Assembly (NCBI GenBank): GCA_050230475.1
Contig: JBFLGF010000130.1
Location: 1 to 64,000, forward strand
Direction: 5' to 3'
Source of the DNA: Ancylonema sp.
Lineage: Eukaryota
DNA length: 64,000 nt
Position 1 is the stretch's first letter. Every line of letters starts with the position of its first letter. Position numbers and translations under genes: made by a program. A model generated the notes under the pieces. That model searched no databases, was not told the DNA's origin, and saw nothing but the letters and a program-made list of their open reading frames with translations. Below are positions 49,784-63,021 of this stretch, piece after piece.

Positions 49784-50398
49784 TTACAGTTGAGGGGAAA
49801 CACATTCCACCTAGCACCTGCCGATTCCTCTGATTTCCAGCCGGTTGAGATTCGGTAGATGTTTCCAGTCGGCTGGAAATCGAATTTTCCCAAGTGCGTC
49901 GATTCCTGGACCCTCTGCGTAATCCAGCTGGGAATCCAAACGGCTAGACGGAGGGCTGCAAACCCCTGCAAAGGGCTGCCAAGGACAACGGGTCCCAGTC
50001 GTTGGGCAGCTGGTTGGCGGGAGGAAGTTTTTATCGGCACCAGTACGCTTTTCCCCGTCACCTCCCAAAGGTGAGAGATTCGGGTTCAGAAGACGCACTC
50101 TCTCTTTTTCTACAGATTGCACCTTTTCAGGATATCCAGTAATCTGATGATTCGCTAGGTATTGTAGTATACCACAGTGTTGCTTCATTGCGCTGAAATA
50201 CCTTGCGTGTAAAATTATGTTTTCTAATCAGTTGCTTTCATCCCCGTTCCTTCGTAGCCTGTCAAAGGAATGAAAAAGGCTCAATTTGTATTATAATAGT
50301 CGAGTCTATTCCCTGAGCTCTCCATATTCCTCTGTTGTCAATACGGCTCATGGTCTTTTGTGCCATCTGATACCAACTGACGTTCACGCCCAGCTTCA

Positions 50399-53300
50399 AT
50401 GTCGGCTTTCACTGATCAGATCTTGTCAGAAAAACTGGCACAGCTGAACTCAACTCAGCAAAGCATAGAAAGTGAGTTGTCGTTTTCTCTTCTGCTTTTC
50501 CAACTAGAAGCAACAATTCGTGTGTGCCAGCCACCCTTTCGCATTTCATGTTGTGCTCGTCAGAATAAATGCTTTATGCTAACGTTTTACCTTTGAGATG
50601 ATGCAGCGCTGTCTCACTGGTGTATTTTCCACCGGAAGAAGGCTGCTCAGGTGGTGCAACGATGGGCTAAGAACTTCCGAGGAGCCCAGGCGAATCAAAA
50701 ATTAGCTTTTCTTTATCTCGCCAATGACATTATTCAGAACAGTCGACGTAAAGGTCCGGAATTTGTCAACGAGTTTTGGAAGGTCTTGCCAGGTGCCGTG
50801 AATGATGCTGTCAACAGCAAGGACTCCAGCGTTCGTACTGCGATTGATAGACTGGTAAGATGTGTTCTCCTATAAAGTAATTCATCCTAAGTCGCCTCAA
50901 AGGTCTCCACAAAGGTCTCCACAAAGGTCTCCACAAAGGTCTCCACAAAGGTCTCCACAAAGGTCGCCACACACAGGGTCTGTTAGCAGTGGCCCTCGGT
51001 TGAGAGGATTCTTTCAATGCTTTCCCTTGCTGCACTTAGTTTTCATCTCTATCATAGTTTTAGATCCTCAATGAACTAACGAATATATTTGTTGTTTTGT
51101 GTCTCCAGATGAGTATTTGGGATGAGAGAAAGGTCTTTGGGCAACGCGATATCAATGATTTGCGGAAGGGACCTCATGCTCCAGGTGCAACGGAGACGCA
51201 GCCATCAAAGAAGAGCATCTATGATGGTGCAAATGCTGCTGCAACCAAGCCTGCAGCTGCAGCAACCAAGCCTGCAGCTGCAGCATCAGTGCTCTCCAAT
51301 ATGAAGCAGCAGGTTGGAATGATGGATGTCGTTGGAGGCTTTGTGTTGATCTGGTGTAGTGCACCTGTCAAGACAATATGATAGCTTCAGTTATCTTTTG
51401 GTACTCTATGAAATTATTTCCTAGGACAAAACATATGGAATTTCTTGGAAGGCAGTGTCAGCTGCTGCCGTTCATCATGACGGATTTTTTTTGCATTTTT
51501 TGTTTTGACATCAACAGGTGCAGGCCGTGAGTCCTTTGGAGAGTATTGGAGCAGCATATGCAGCAATTCAAGACAGTGCATCCACAGAAGAGGCGGCGTT
51601 GAGAAACTGCAAGACTGCTGTTGTTGATATCCAGTCCTTGGAACATACAGCTTTTATTCGAGCAGCTGCTGGTGCGTATCAGAGACTAAATTACACGCTT
51701 GAGATTTTCAGCTCAAGAACAAGCTGGGGATTTATTGAGCCCAACAGCTGTTCATATGAAGTAATAAATCCTTTTAAAATCATTAGCCAGGTTTGCTTGC
51801 AAAGCGTAATCATGTTCTGTGGCAGGTCGGAGGATGGTGTGATGCTTTCCTTGTTGATTGTTGTAATGTTAGGTATATCTAAGGGTAGCAATGCAGGGAC
51901 ACGGTCGTCATTTCCGATCGCATGTGCTTGAAGCAGGAAGTGCAAATATCCATCAGGCTGGTTTCATTGTAGGGAAGGTAGCCCTTGAAGGCCTTGATTT
52001 TACAAGAGAGTGACATTTGGTTGTTTAGGTTACAATATTGTAGGGACTCATTCACACCTACCACACTTTAGTCCTTTTCTGGAAGGGAGGATGTGAACCA
52101 TAGCATTGCAATAGTTAATTTAGGATCATCGCTCACATGTGCGATTTAAGCGTTCTATGATCGCTCTCACTCATGTACACTATCTGTACTTAGTGAAAGC
52201 AAATACTTATTATTTTTGTGGCTTATTGTGGCAGGCCCTGCTGCGGTAGCTCTTGTTGCAGCAGAGCTCCAGCAAAATCAAAGTAATTTGGCGAAATGGA
52301 CAAGTGAACTGGATGTGTACGAGAGGAAGCGCGCTAAGTTGGTGAATCTTTTGAAAGAGGCGCTAAGCACGCAGGTATACTGCTGTGTGTCATCACCTTG
52401 GGTCAATATACCATGCCCATGACAAGCACTCTGTCAAGTTATGGGAGTGTTTCTCATGTATCGGTATTCGAAGGTCTCAAAGACGATAGTTAGAAAGGTC
52501 AAGAGGTCAAACAAATTAGAGAATATTTAAATGCTAGAATGTTTCTTGAAATATTTCATAAGAATGGCAGTCAGAATAAGATGGGGAAGACATTCTTAAA
52601 GATATGATTGTTCGTAATTGTTGTGAAATGTCAATCCATGATTCGTAACTAGCTCTGGACCAGCTCTGTGTAGCAGCATTCATTTTGCCATCGCTGCGAG
52701 GTATGAAGGAGCATGAAGTAACATTCATTTTGTAGAATATAATCTTCCAAACAAGTGGCAAATATGGCCGTAGATATTACACCAGCATGTACCTGCTGAG
52801 AGTATCACTGATGATGTAGACATCTGGTCATGTGCAGTGCTGTTTTGATGCGCCTTATCTGCAAATGATACTCGAAATGCCCCTTCCCGTGTTGCTGTAC
52901 CCATGACCTTCAGCCAGAACCTCACTTGGGAGTTCACATGCGAAAATTGGTCTTAGTATCTGACCACCTGTGTCTGTTTTTCCGCTCTGCAGGAATCCAA
53001 ATTGGAGCGAGTGCGATCGCAAGTCCAGGTACAAGATTTATCTCAGGAAGGGAGGGGTGCAGCAACCCAGAACTGTCCATACCTCGGTCGGGGCGATCTT
53101 GTTTTCCATGGGATGTTGATAAATATCACCTCCATATTCTGCAGACTCGTGAGTTGCTGCAGACATAATTCACACACCATGCTGAATGCATCACGGCAGG
53201 TGTCAAAATTATGTCATCTGTACTTCTGGCAACAGTATTATATAAGCTGGATTTTCTCTCAGCGATATCTTCTGAATTTCATACATCAAACAGACTACAG

Positions 53301-55300
53301 CATCACCCTTAATTCAGTCATAAATTGAACCCTCACAGAGATATACGATGCAATCAGGTTTAGGCACAAATAAGATGCAGAATTGACAGCACTGTGAGAG
53401 CTTTCCTCTGCCACTGCATAACAGAGTAGAAACAGGGGTACCATATAAATGTACTCTTTGATGTCACTGCTGGAAATACAGAGTCCCGTGTTCTGCGTAA
53501 GCATGGTTATCCCGCCACTTACACGATCATTATGAGACTAGATACTGAAATATCACAATGTATTCCCAAAATAAATGCCAGTATCCAGCTCCACATCAAA
53601 GCAGGTTGACAAATAGAGCACTTTAGTTTTATGAGAAGACAATTTATGTGGATTCAGGGGGGGCATTTTGCCTGCGCTCCTGTGCATTTGTCTACCGGGT
53701 TAGTATGCATACCTTGCATACATGTGAACCTCCCTTTGCGTGGGGGCTTGGTTCAAATGACCTATGATAACAGTCTTTGCAACACAACTGCTTTATGTTG
53801 TATGATTTGTTGGAGGAGCCCTCTTTTCTGGAACAGCCCTATGGCTATGTGTGAAAATGGAATATGCACCATGCAGCTTGCAGCAAGCAGCAGGCTTCAA
53901 AGTGATTCTCTGACAGTATCCGAATCCCGTAGCTATACATTGCTTACTGAACTTGTAGCAATTTACGGCGAAGGATTGTGACTGATGAGTAGCTGACAAG
54001 TGGTCTGTGCAATTTGAGATGCCTATGGCAGCTGATCAGGTAGGTCGATTCTAGAGATAAAGACACCCTATTCAAATAAGGAATGACAAGGTGTCTCTCA
54101 AGGTAGTTGCCTTCCTCAGGAGCGAATATGGGGACATACAGACCTTCCCAGTAGGATACATCGGCCTCATGCGTCATTTGTGCATTGAAAGCAAGATACA
54201 TGCTTTCACTGTTTTATGATGTGCAAACGCTCAGAATTTGGATCATCAGACAATTGAAGCTACTTTCTTTCTACTACTGAAGCATTGCTTCTCCTTCCCT
54301 GCAGGTTGCCCAGTCTCAAGCGGAGCAGGCAGTCAGCATTCGGCATAAGCTTCTAACAGGTGGCAACCTGTCAGTGCCTGGCACCCCTCAAGCTGTGAAC
54401 GAGCGCATCGGAAATGAATCCAACGGTAGAGGGCCAGGTGGAACAGAGGGAGCTCCTCCCACAGATCCTAGACAGAGAGCTCCTATCGCTGCACCAATCA
54501 GTAACCCAGAGAGCCAACCCCTAGCAGCTCCTGGCTTTGCTCCTGCTGGACTGCCAGCTGGCTTGAATGGCATGCCAGCTGGCACTGCAGTGGCACCAGC
54601 TGGTGTACCCACAAGCAGCATTCCAGAGGTGAAGGTCGAAGCATCAGGTGGTGGCGCCAACCCAGTGGAGGCTGCGGTATCAAGTGGTGATACTCTCACT
54701 GATCAGGAGCGGCAGAAACAGAATGCAGCACTGCTTGCTGCTCGATTGACGTCTTCTGCCGCTTCTGCAGAGATCATGAAATCGGTACTCCAAGCTTTTG
54801 CCGCTAACAATCAGGTTGCCCAGATGCAAACCCTAAAACAAGACAACCATGCAGAAAAACGCCAGAAGACTGAAATCGGTCCAACCCTGCCTGCAAGACC
54901 TCCCTTCCAGCAAGAATCTCTTGCACCTTCCTCGAACTTTCCAACAGGCCACCCAAATTCCATGCCATTCCCATCCCCCAACCAAAATCATACGCCTCAT
55001 GCCCATCCCATGCCCCCATCCACTACGCCACCCATGCCTTACTACCCACATCCAAATAACCCTCACTCAAACGCACCCCCCTTGCCAATCACCGGCCACG
55101 GGTCCTACTACCCGCCCCCCACAACTCCTCCTCTGCCAAGTCATTCTATGGGGCCGCGTACCCATTTCGGTCCTGCCCCACCACCACCAGGCCCTGCCCC
55201 TGACCCGCAAGGTCGCCAGCAGGCACCATACAGGAGTGGTCGAGGCCCTCCTTCCGCGTATCTTCCTCAATATAACGCAAATGCGGGGCCTGCGATATAG
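50399..55300 (+). CDS. CTD-interacting (CID/RPR) domain protein, RPRD1/Rtt103-like, 7 exons
   Basis: Exons 50399-50471, 50607-50854, 51109-51312, 51518-51671, 52235-52374, 52993-53028 and 54305-55300. They give MSAF..IL.EKL..LNSTQQSIE-TLSHWCIFHRK..KLAFLYLANDIIQNSRRKG.EFV.EFWKVLP..RL-MSIWDERKVFG, a coiled-coil (LKEAL..Q-ESKLE.VRSQ) and a Pro-rich tail. Confidence 0.92.
50898..50972. repeat. 12-bp tandem repeat (caaaggtctcca)n, about 6 copies
   Basis: Located in intron 2 of the CID gene. Confidence 0.9.
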
Positions 55301-57744
55301 GACCTCAATCTGGAACAGGTGGGTGTGCAACGAGGTTGGAAATCTTGACTTCTATGCCTTAGTGATTAGAGTAAATGCGTACATATGCTTTGCTTGTGTA
55401 GATGTTTTGCGGGTAGAACGGAGGGGAGAGAGGGGGTGGGGATTTCAAGTGGATTGGCGATTGTGGATCGGCTCACAAATTTATGAGTAATGAATGATTT
55501 GGATTGGGAAACATGCCATTAGACATCATGTGTGTCCAAGGCTAGTAGTGCCTGGCAAGTAGCATGCATAGAAATAAAACCCTGGACTTGTTGTGCCACG
55601 ATTATTTGTATATTTGTAGGTAATTTATTTAAGGTGATGCGCGTTGACATCATTGGCAAGGACATGTTGGTTGTGGTTGAGAAGACTCTATTGTTGAGTT
55701 ATAACAATTCAGCAACTCACAATGATCAAGTTAACAATTTTGAAGTTGAGAGTCACAATGGGGTACGTAAAACTATGTGGTGGCATACATGCTTGACGGG
55801 TAAAAGTACCCTTTCTAATCGCACCATCCACAAGGTATTGAGATGTTATACAATCACAGCGTAGCTGATGTATTTCTTCAATCACAACATCTTTGAAATG
55901 TTGAGTGAGCCCAACGGCCAATAATATATCGGACTGATATGTTATCGACATTCCTTGGCCTTCTCGCAGATTGATAGTATGACTGGATGTGTGTCACTCA
56001 GTAACCTCAATGCCAACCAAGGAAAATCCGATAATATTAAGTAAACCTCGAGTAGCCTTGAGTTTAAATTCGATATACTTGCAAATGTAGAGGAGTTTTT
56101 ATAAAAGTAGTAGTCTAAGGTTAGGGAGGGTGCAAGAATATTGATATTCGCGTCAACCAATGCAATGTTGGAACATCATGTGGGTTGTTGATTATTTGGA
56201 TAGCAATCATTTACATCATACATGTTTGTACATTCTCCTATGTTGTAACCATGACTTCGGAGATAGGCAAGTTGCGAGACAAGGACTGAACAATGACTCA
56301 GTGGCAAGTATTACCCTACACGAAGTCAAAATATGTAATGTGATGGTGTCGAGCGTGTAAAGTATTATAAACACGATGCAACAATCCTCGCCATAAGTGT
56401 ATCATGTGTTTGTATCATGAGTAGTATTTCGATTGAGTGTACTTGCCTCCATCTCTCTCTATGCGCAATTTTATTTTATTTTTTTTCGCAAATAACATCT
56501 CATCTCTGTTGTGTTTTTTTTACACGTGCTTGAGATGCATGGCCGAGATTTGGCGTTAGTCAAAGTCACGGTGTGCACAAAAAATGGAGTATGTTCCCAT
56601 GAGTCTCATGAGATTATCGAAAGAAAAATGTTTAAGAATACACAAACATGCTTTGAGTTGGCAACCCACTTTTCTATGTTCGACTCACACAACGTCAATT
56701 AGACTCAATTAAACCGCAACACGATGAAAGCATCATTTTATACTCATCAGCAAGTATATTGTGTGAAACAAGATGGGTAAAATTGACTTGCATTGGGGTA
56801 ATGATAGTACTAGTCCTATCAGACATGCAACATCCTACAATGCAGGGTGTCAATCCTGCCGCGGACGAACACGTGTCAAACGTGTCGAACATGGTGACAT
56901 GGGTGCTTGTCGAGTGTACACTCATAACAAAACAACAACTCTACTGGTATCAATAATCTTCAAAAAATAAAGTGTCCATTCGTGACGCCATGTCGCCTAG
57001 CATGAGATACGGCAAGAAGATGTTTGATGAATGGATTGCAAACAACTAGAATACTGTTGGGAGAGGAGCCATTTGAATTCACGAAAATGGAGACAAAATA
57101 TGCTTCCAAAACACCTTGTATACTATTTTTCAAAAAAATGTACATGAAATAAAAATTACATCATGTATATGTATGTACATATGTATATGTAAATTGTACA
57201 TGTTAAATATACGGGAACAAAATCCAAGCCACGTCCACTTGATAACAGCCATGCAACTTGCCACAGCCGACGCAGCCCAGTTTAGTAGTCCGGGAAATTT
57301 TGGCTACGGTACGGACTCATTGGCAGCTGCAGCCTGACTGTCAATCCTTTTGCATCCGATCAGCTGCTCCTTATCCCGCGAGTGCGGACGTCCACGGACA
57401 GCCGGGAAGGGCGAGTCCCAGCCCGGCTGGGCAGAGGATATCATTCCAACCTCCATCGGACACAGAATCAGCAAATCGGCAACTCTGTCTCCCTTATCTG
57501 AACCGTGCGCCATGGATAGGGAGATCTGACGTCAGATATGTGTCCACGACGGCTAAAAGAAAGTACAGCAAGCTGCCGCAGTTCAATGGCCAAAATCTCC
57601 GTAGGGTTTAGGACAACAAAATCTCGGTCGCGTCCACTTTCGTGAAGGCCGTTTCAGCTGAGTGTGGTCAGGAGGGAAATCTCCACATCCTAAAATACCC
57701 TTTTCTCCTTTCCTGCCAAAGTCCTCCACGGACTCTCTGCAACG

Positions 57745-59497
57745 ATGGCTGCCATGACTGCCTCTATCTCTTTCGCTGTCGGTCAGACTGCCGGTCCTGC
57801 ACCCCTGGCACGTGGTGAAGTTAGTGGAGTGAGGTCCTCTACAAAAATTGCCCCTTTGACATCTTCTTTCGCTGGAGTTTCCCTTCAAGCAGCTTCAGTG
57901 GCCGCTCCCAGGTCTGTCAGGGAGTTTAAGGCGAGCACGTCAGCTGCATACACCGCTGATGTTGATCAGGAGGATTCATATGGCTCCACCGCGGCCCCTC
58001 CCCCTGTAGCCGGTGCGAAGCTGTATGTTGGTAACTTGCCGTTCAATGTTGACAGCGAGTCACTGGCAGAAATATTCCAGGGCGTTGGCACCGTTGAGCT
58101 TGTAGAGGTGAGTTGTAAATTTAACAAGAGCCCCGAGGGGAATTCCCATCTTCTTTTCTGGCATGGCGTGTCTAATTAAGTGCTGCAGACTTCCCTTTAT
58201 TTTTTAACCGCCTACTGAGGCTTTGCGAACTGAGATTACTGTCGTTCATTCATGTTGCAACGCGATATAGTAATTGTCATTGCCAGGCCGAGGTGCTTAC
58301 GGTGGGCCGCCATATTTCCAGGTGATCTACGACAGGGACACAGGCCGCAGCCGCGGCTTTGCTTTCGTGACGATGTCCGGCATCGAGGACGCTGAAGCTG
58401 CTATCGACAGACTCAACGGCTCCGTAAGTGCATATCTGTCATAGGACTCGTGCCGAATCGAGCGCTGTGAGGTGTTTCATACGACCGCCAATTTGAGCGC
58501 TGGAATTAGTTTTTGTAAACACTAATCCCACCTGACAATCCTAAACCTCTCATGCAATTGAAGTGGTTATATTGCAAGGTGTGGCAAAGAGTAATCTTAT
58601 TCTCTATCCCCCACATGATTTTCATCAATTTAGGAGCTCGGTGGACGAATGATGCGAGTCAACTTTCCTCAGCAGTCTCCCCGACCAGGAGACCGCCCCA
58701 CAGGCGACCGACCAATCAGGGAAAGGAGAGAGAGCGCGCCCATGGGGGCTGCTGGGTCAGGCAACAAGTTGTATGTCGGTAACTTGTCATGGGGCATGGA
58801 TGACATGGGTCTGGAGGACTTGTTTGCGGAGTTCGGAAAGGTGATGGAGGCGAAGGTGGTGATGGACCGTGAGACTGGGCGCTCGCGTGGATTCGGATTT
58901 GTGACATACTCATCTCCCAGCGAGGGCGGAGAGGCTGTGAATAGCTTGAATGGAGTGGTGAGACCTCCCAGCTGGTCATGCCTGCAAACTTTTACAGGCA
59001 CAGAGGGAAAATAACATACATTCATGATCAATCTATTCCTCATGTGATCTGCAGGGTCGACTCTGAATAAGCTTTCTGGCACACTGTTTCATGAGATTCT
59101 GTCATGGATTTCGTGGAATTGGGGCAGGTCTCCTGATCTGTCCCTGGTTGCATGGTTGCTGGTTTTATGGATTTAAACTGCCGACTCTTTCTGTCGTCTT
59201 TATTGAATGTTGAGTCAGTGACGAGCACTCGCATGGGGAGGTTGTAGAGTATAAATTTTCATGGCCTTTCGACCACAGTAACATCACTTTTATTCTGGGA
59301 CCTAAAAGTAGGTAGAGGAAAAATATGCAAATCATGAAGGTAAGTTTAGGAAGATTCCAAAACCTTACCATCGTATCTCGGGAATCTCAGATTGGTGCTA
59401 ATGATTCCATTACATTTGTGGAGTGCAGGAGGTCGATGGCAGGATGTTGCGCGTGAGTGTAGCCAATGACAGGCCACCTACCAGAGGCCGCTACTAG
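57745..59497 (+). CDS. Chloroplast ribonucleoprotein (cpRNP, cp29/cp31 family; transit peptide plus 2 RRMs), 4 exons
   Basis: Exons 57745-58107, 58322-58423, 58634-58957 and 59429-59497 give an Ala/Ser-rich N-terminus, KLYVGNLPFNVDSE.LA..VELVE-VIYDRDTGRSRGFAFVTM, KLYVGNLSWG..DRETGRSRGFGFVTY and EVDGRMLRVSVA. Confidence 0.94.
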
Positions 59498-61261
59498 AGT
59501 GTAAACTCCTAGGATCGGTTGGCTGAGTTTGTTAGTAAGCACAATCAGTGGGCTAGTGATTCTTGCTTGGCAATAGTAGGAGTGTTGCTAGTGTGCCAGC
59601 TGGCAGACACTTCTGTTCAGAGTCGAGCTTGTTGGTACCAGATGTGGAGAGGTGCGTGACCCTTGTCTGGTCGATTTTTGGGGGTCTGCTGTCTATGTTG
59701 GTTGTTTGAACAGGCAGCCGAATATTGGTTGATTATTAGTTGTTATTTGAGAAATCACGAATTTAAGAATCTTTTTATAGACATGTTGGCAACTGATGAT
59801 GATTATGCATATGCACCGAGTTTACGGTAATGATTGGAATGTCTTGTGTAGAGTGGACACTGGATGCTATCCTACATAAAAAAATGAGAACGTTTGTTAC
59901 ACCTCCCTTGCCTATCACAACCTGATATGCACAGTCACATCATGTGGAGTAAGCACAATCTACAACTGAGTTGATGCGAATATTCACATCAACTCATTCA
60001 CGTCATATTCCTTGTGGTGAATCTGTTTGTGGTTGGAGGGGGATGTATTATGGAGTAATTAATATACCATGTTCTGCGGAATAGTGTACCTCACCCATCG
60101 GTCAACCCTCTGGAGGGGCTGAAACACAATTTTTGTATCATGTCAATCGTGTCTTCACATATTACGGTCGTTTCTACGGAAAAATGTTTGTGAAAGGGCA
60201 ATATATACGCCCATCTCTGTCAAACATCAGGAATCGAATATCACGAACTTTGCGATGAGGGTCTATCTACAGCCCTAGGCTATCGATGCCAAAATATGAG
60301 ATACACAAGATTCAATATGCTATTGACGGAAAACTCTAAATGCATGCCTTCGCGCCTCGCGATGCAACTCGACAAGCGATACATGCAAGCCTTCCGCTAT
60401 GAGTTTAGTGAATGGGGCACGCTTCTCACGCAATGCCGCCGGATTGGTAGGGTACATGCTGCAAAAGGGCGGGATGTTGGCCCACCTCATCGGAATTGAC
60501 TAGTTTGATGCAGGTCTAGCAACAGTTTCCAATCAGCAGCCCTTCACACTAGCTATGCGAATTGTGGACGACTTCAATTTGGTCATTGGCCAACGCGATA
60601 TGTCTCCAACTATATTAACATTAGCTCTAGCAAGAATTGAGCGGATAGGTAATCAACAAACACGTACATCCCACCCAAGGCGGCCACGTAAATGTCAAAT
60701 ATGAAGCTATGAGGCAAATGATTATAATATTTATGACAATGATTGTTGGTACTTCACCACAACTCTAACACGTTGTCCGCAAAAGAATAAAGTGCTAGGG
60801 GCTCTAGCGAACACCTTGTAGTAACGCACACAACCATACCCGTGTCATCAGCTGTTGACTACTAATGGCTGATTGCACAATCCAAATGGTAGAATGAAGG
60901 ATTTAATATGCCAAAGTAGTAGTGGGCCAGATGCAGATGCAGTGGATCGTTGTGCATGTGTCATTGTGTGCATAAAATACGTACTCACATACTCATACTC
61001 ACAACAAAACTGATAACACGACATGCTTGTGGAAGGTGATTAAGTTGACACTATAGCAAACAGGCAATGCCCACAACAAATACAAATCACAAATAATAAG
61101 GGGAACAAATCACCAAGCAATGGCTGATGGGATTCCTTCATTCTTTTCTCTCCTGATCCTGCCAAGATTTGGTGCAACATTCAACAAGTTTTTGTCACAA
61201 AAAGTACGTGGTGGTGACCACTAACTCTCTAGCACACAAAATCCTAACAACCATCACACAA

Positions 61262-63021
61262 CTACTTTGGACATTTTTGAAGCTCCAGCTTCACCTGCCA
61301 CCTCAACCAAGGAATGTATTAAAAGCTGTTGCTGCCATCGCAGACAAACCGGTATTCATGACCAATCAACAATATCAAGGGATCCAACTTTATCTCAAAA
61401 AATAACCATCAGGAAGTCTACCCCCGAAAAGATTGCCGATGAAACAAATATTGATAAATAGAAACAAAAACTGAAAGCACTGACCTTTATCACAGCCGGA
61501 TGAGTGCTGATAGCAGCCATGACCTACACAAAGACAACCTCCAATTCTCGATCAGCTGATTGTAGGGGGGAAAACCCTACAACCCTGGGTTTATTTGGGT
61601 TTTTTGGGGGGTTCATTTGGGTTTTTTTGGGGGTTTTTTTGGGGTTTTTGCGCTGTCTTCTCTGTTTGGATATTTTTTTAGGCTCCTCCCTTGACTTTTC
61701 TACACTCTCTCCGATGAGATGCTGTTCTGGTCGCAAGCTGCTTCTGAACGCCTCATCTTTTCCTCACACGAGATTACGACACCAGCAGCCCCTGCGTTGC
61801 TAATGATTTCCTTACTTGGTCATGGACGCAAAAAAAATTCCGTGCAAATAAATGAAGTGATTCTTTTCGTCCAGACAGATACAAGACACCGGATTCCATT
61901 CACACCTACTCCCGATAATGGATCGATGTTGTTAACGTCTGCAAAACGTCGTTGAATGCATTGCAGACACATTCTGGGCCGAAGTAAACCCCAACGGAAG
62001 GTGAGGCGCAGGCCTCCTGTTTTTTTTTTTTTTTTTTTTTTCTGAAAAAGAAACTGTTTGTTTATACCTCGATGGCAGAGGTCAACCTCACCGTGTCAAA
62101 CCTCTCTCCTCGAACAGCCAATCGTACGACTTCTTGCCCTTTCCGCACCTTCACTCCTCCGTAGTCCATTTCGCTGTTATACACAACCGCACTGGTGGCA
62201 ATGAGCTCATCCCCCACCTCGATCGCTGCGGCCTTCGAAGCGTTGCCACCTGGCAGCATCTCAGAGACGAGAATCTGTACCGGATTGCCACATGTCTAAC
62301 ATCATGATTGGCAGTGCTTGTGTACACACACGGAGTAGTTCATGAAGTATGAATTCATAAACAGACGAGTAGGTGCCCCCCATAGGAAGAGAGACACATT
62401 GAATAGGTGACATGAAAGTCATCGCACAAAATCATGCGTCTATGCGTCTATGCGTCTCCATCACGGAACAATGGAGAGAGTGTGAAAGCGTACCGGGAAT
62501 GATGTCAGCCACAAATATTCGCCCATCTTTGTCCTCCTCCAAAACCAGACCTGCCAGCAGATTCATCGAACCTGGTCAGAGGAGCTGCAGTAGCAAGAAA
62601 AACAACTGAAATGCGAAACCACAGGAAGTCAATCGGTCTATTAGTCAGTGGTTGAACCAGGGTCAGCATGGGAACAAACTCAAAGTCAACCTGGTCAACT
62701 GTGAGTCAACTTAGACCAGGGCAGAAGTCAAAGTCATGGAGAGCAGACTCACAAAGACCAGTGACTCCAGAGGTCTTAAAACGACTTCAAATGGAGTCAT
62801 AAGGAAAGTGAGGAACTCACCCAGAGGTCGACCTAGCTCTACTTTGATACGGTTGCAACCGGCGGGGGGCGGATCCTCCCCTGTGCCTTGACTCGTGCCA
62901 GCTGGCACTGTGTCATTGGTTTCCAACACGGCTCTGACAGCTGGTTGAAATCTGACAACCTTACCCCTCCCATCCAAGATTCTGTTTCGAAGACGGCTTG
63001 AGGATTGCCATGTCACAAAAC
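61262..63021 (-). CDS. Small PDZ-domain protein, probably plastid-targeted; start exon not identified
   Basis: Exons 62821-63021, 62494-62550, 62092-62249, 61485-61523 and 61262-61294 splice in frame: RIKVELGRPLG-LVLEEDKDGRIFVADIIPG-GNASKAAAIEVGDELIATS..GERFDT-VMAAISTHPAVIK-VKLELQKCPK*. The xPLGL, GGNA and VGD motifs indicate a PDZ fold. Confidence 0.8.

Noticed and set aside
50360..50378. Reverse-strand PBS-like tggtatcaga
   Set aside because: Only a 10-nt match, no LTR or internal domain nearby, and it lies just upstream of a host start codon.
55600..56400. Decayed coding or TE sequence (also 19560-21150 and 27300-28500)
   Set aside because: No recognisable protein motif in any frame, so no call can be supported without a search.
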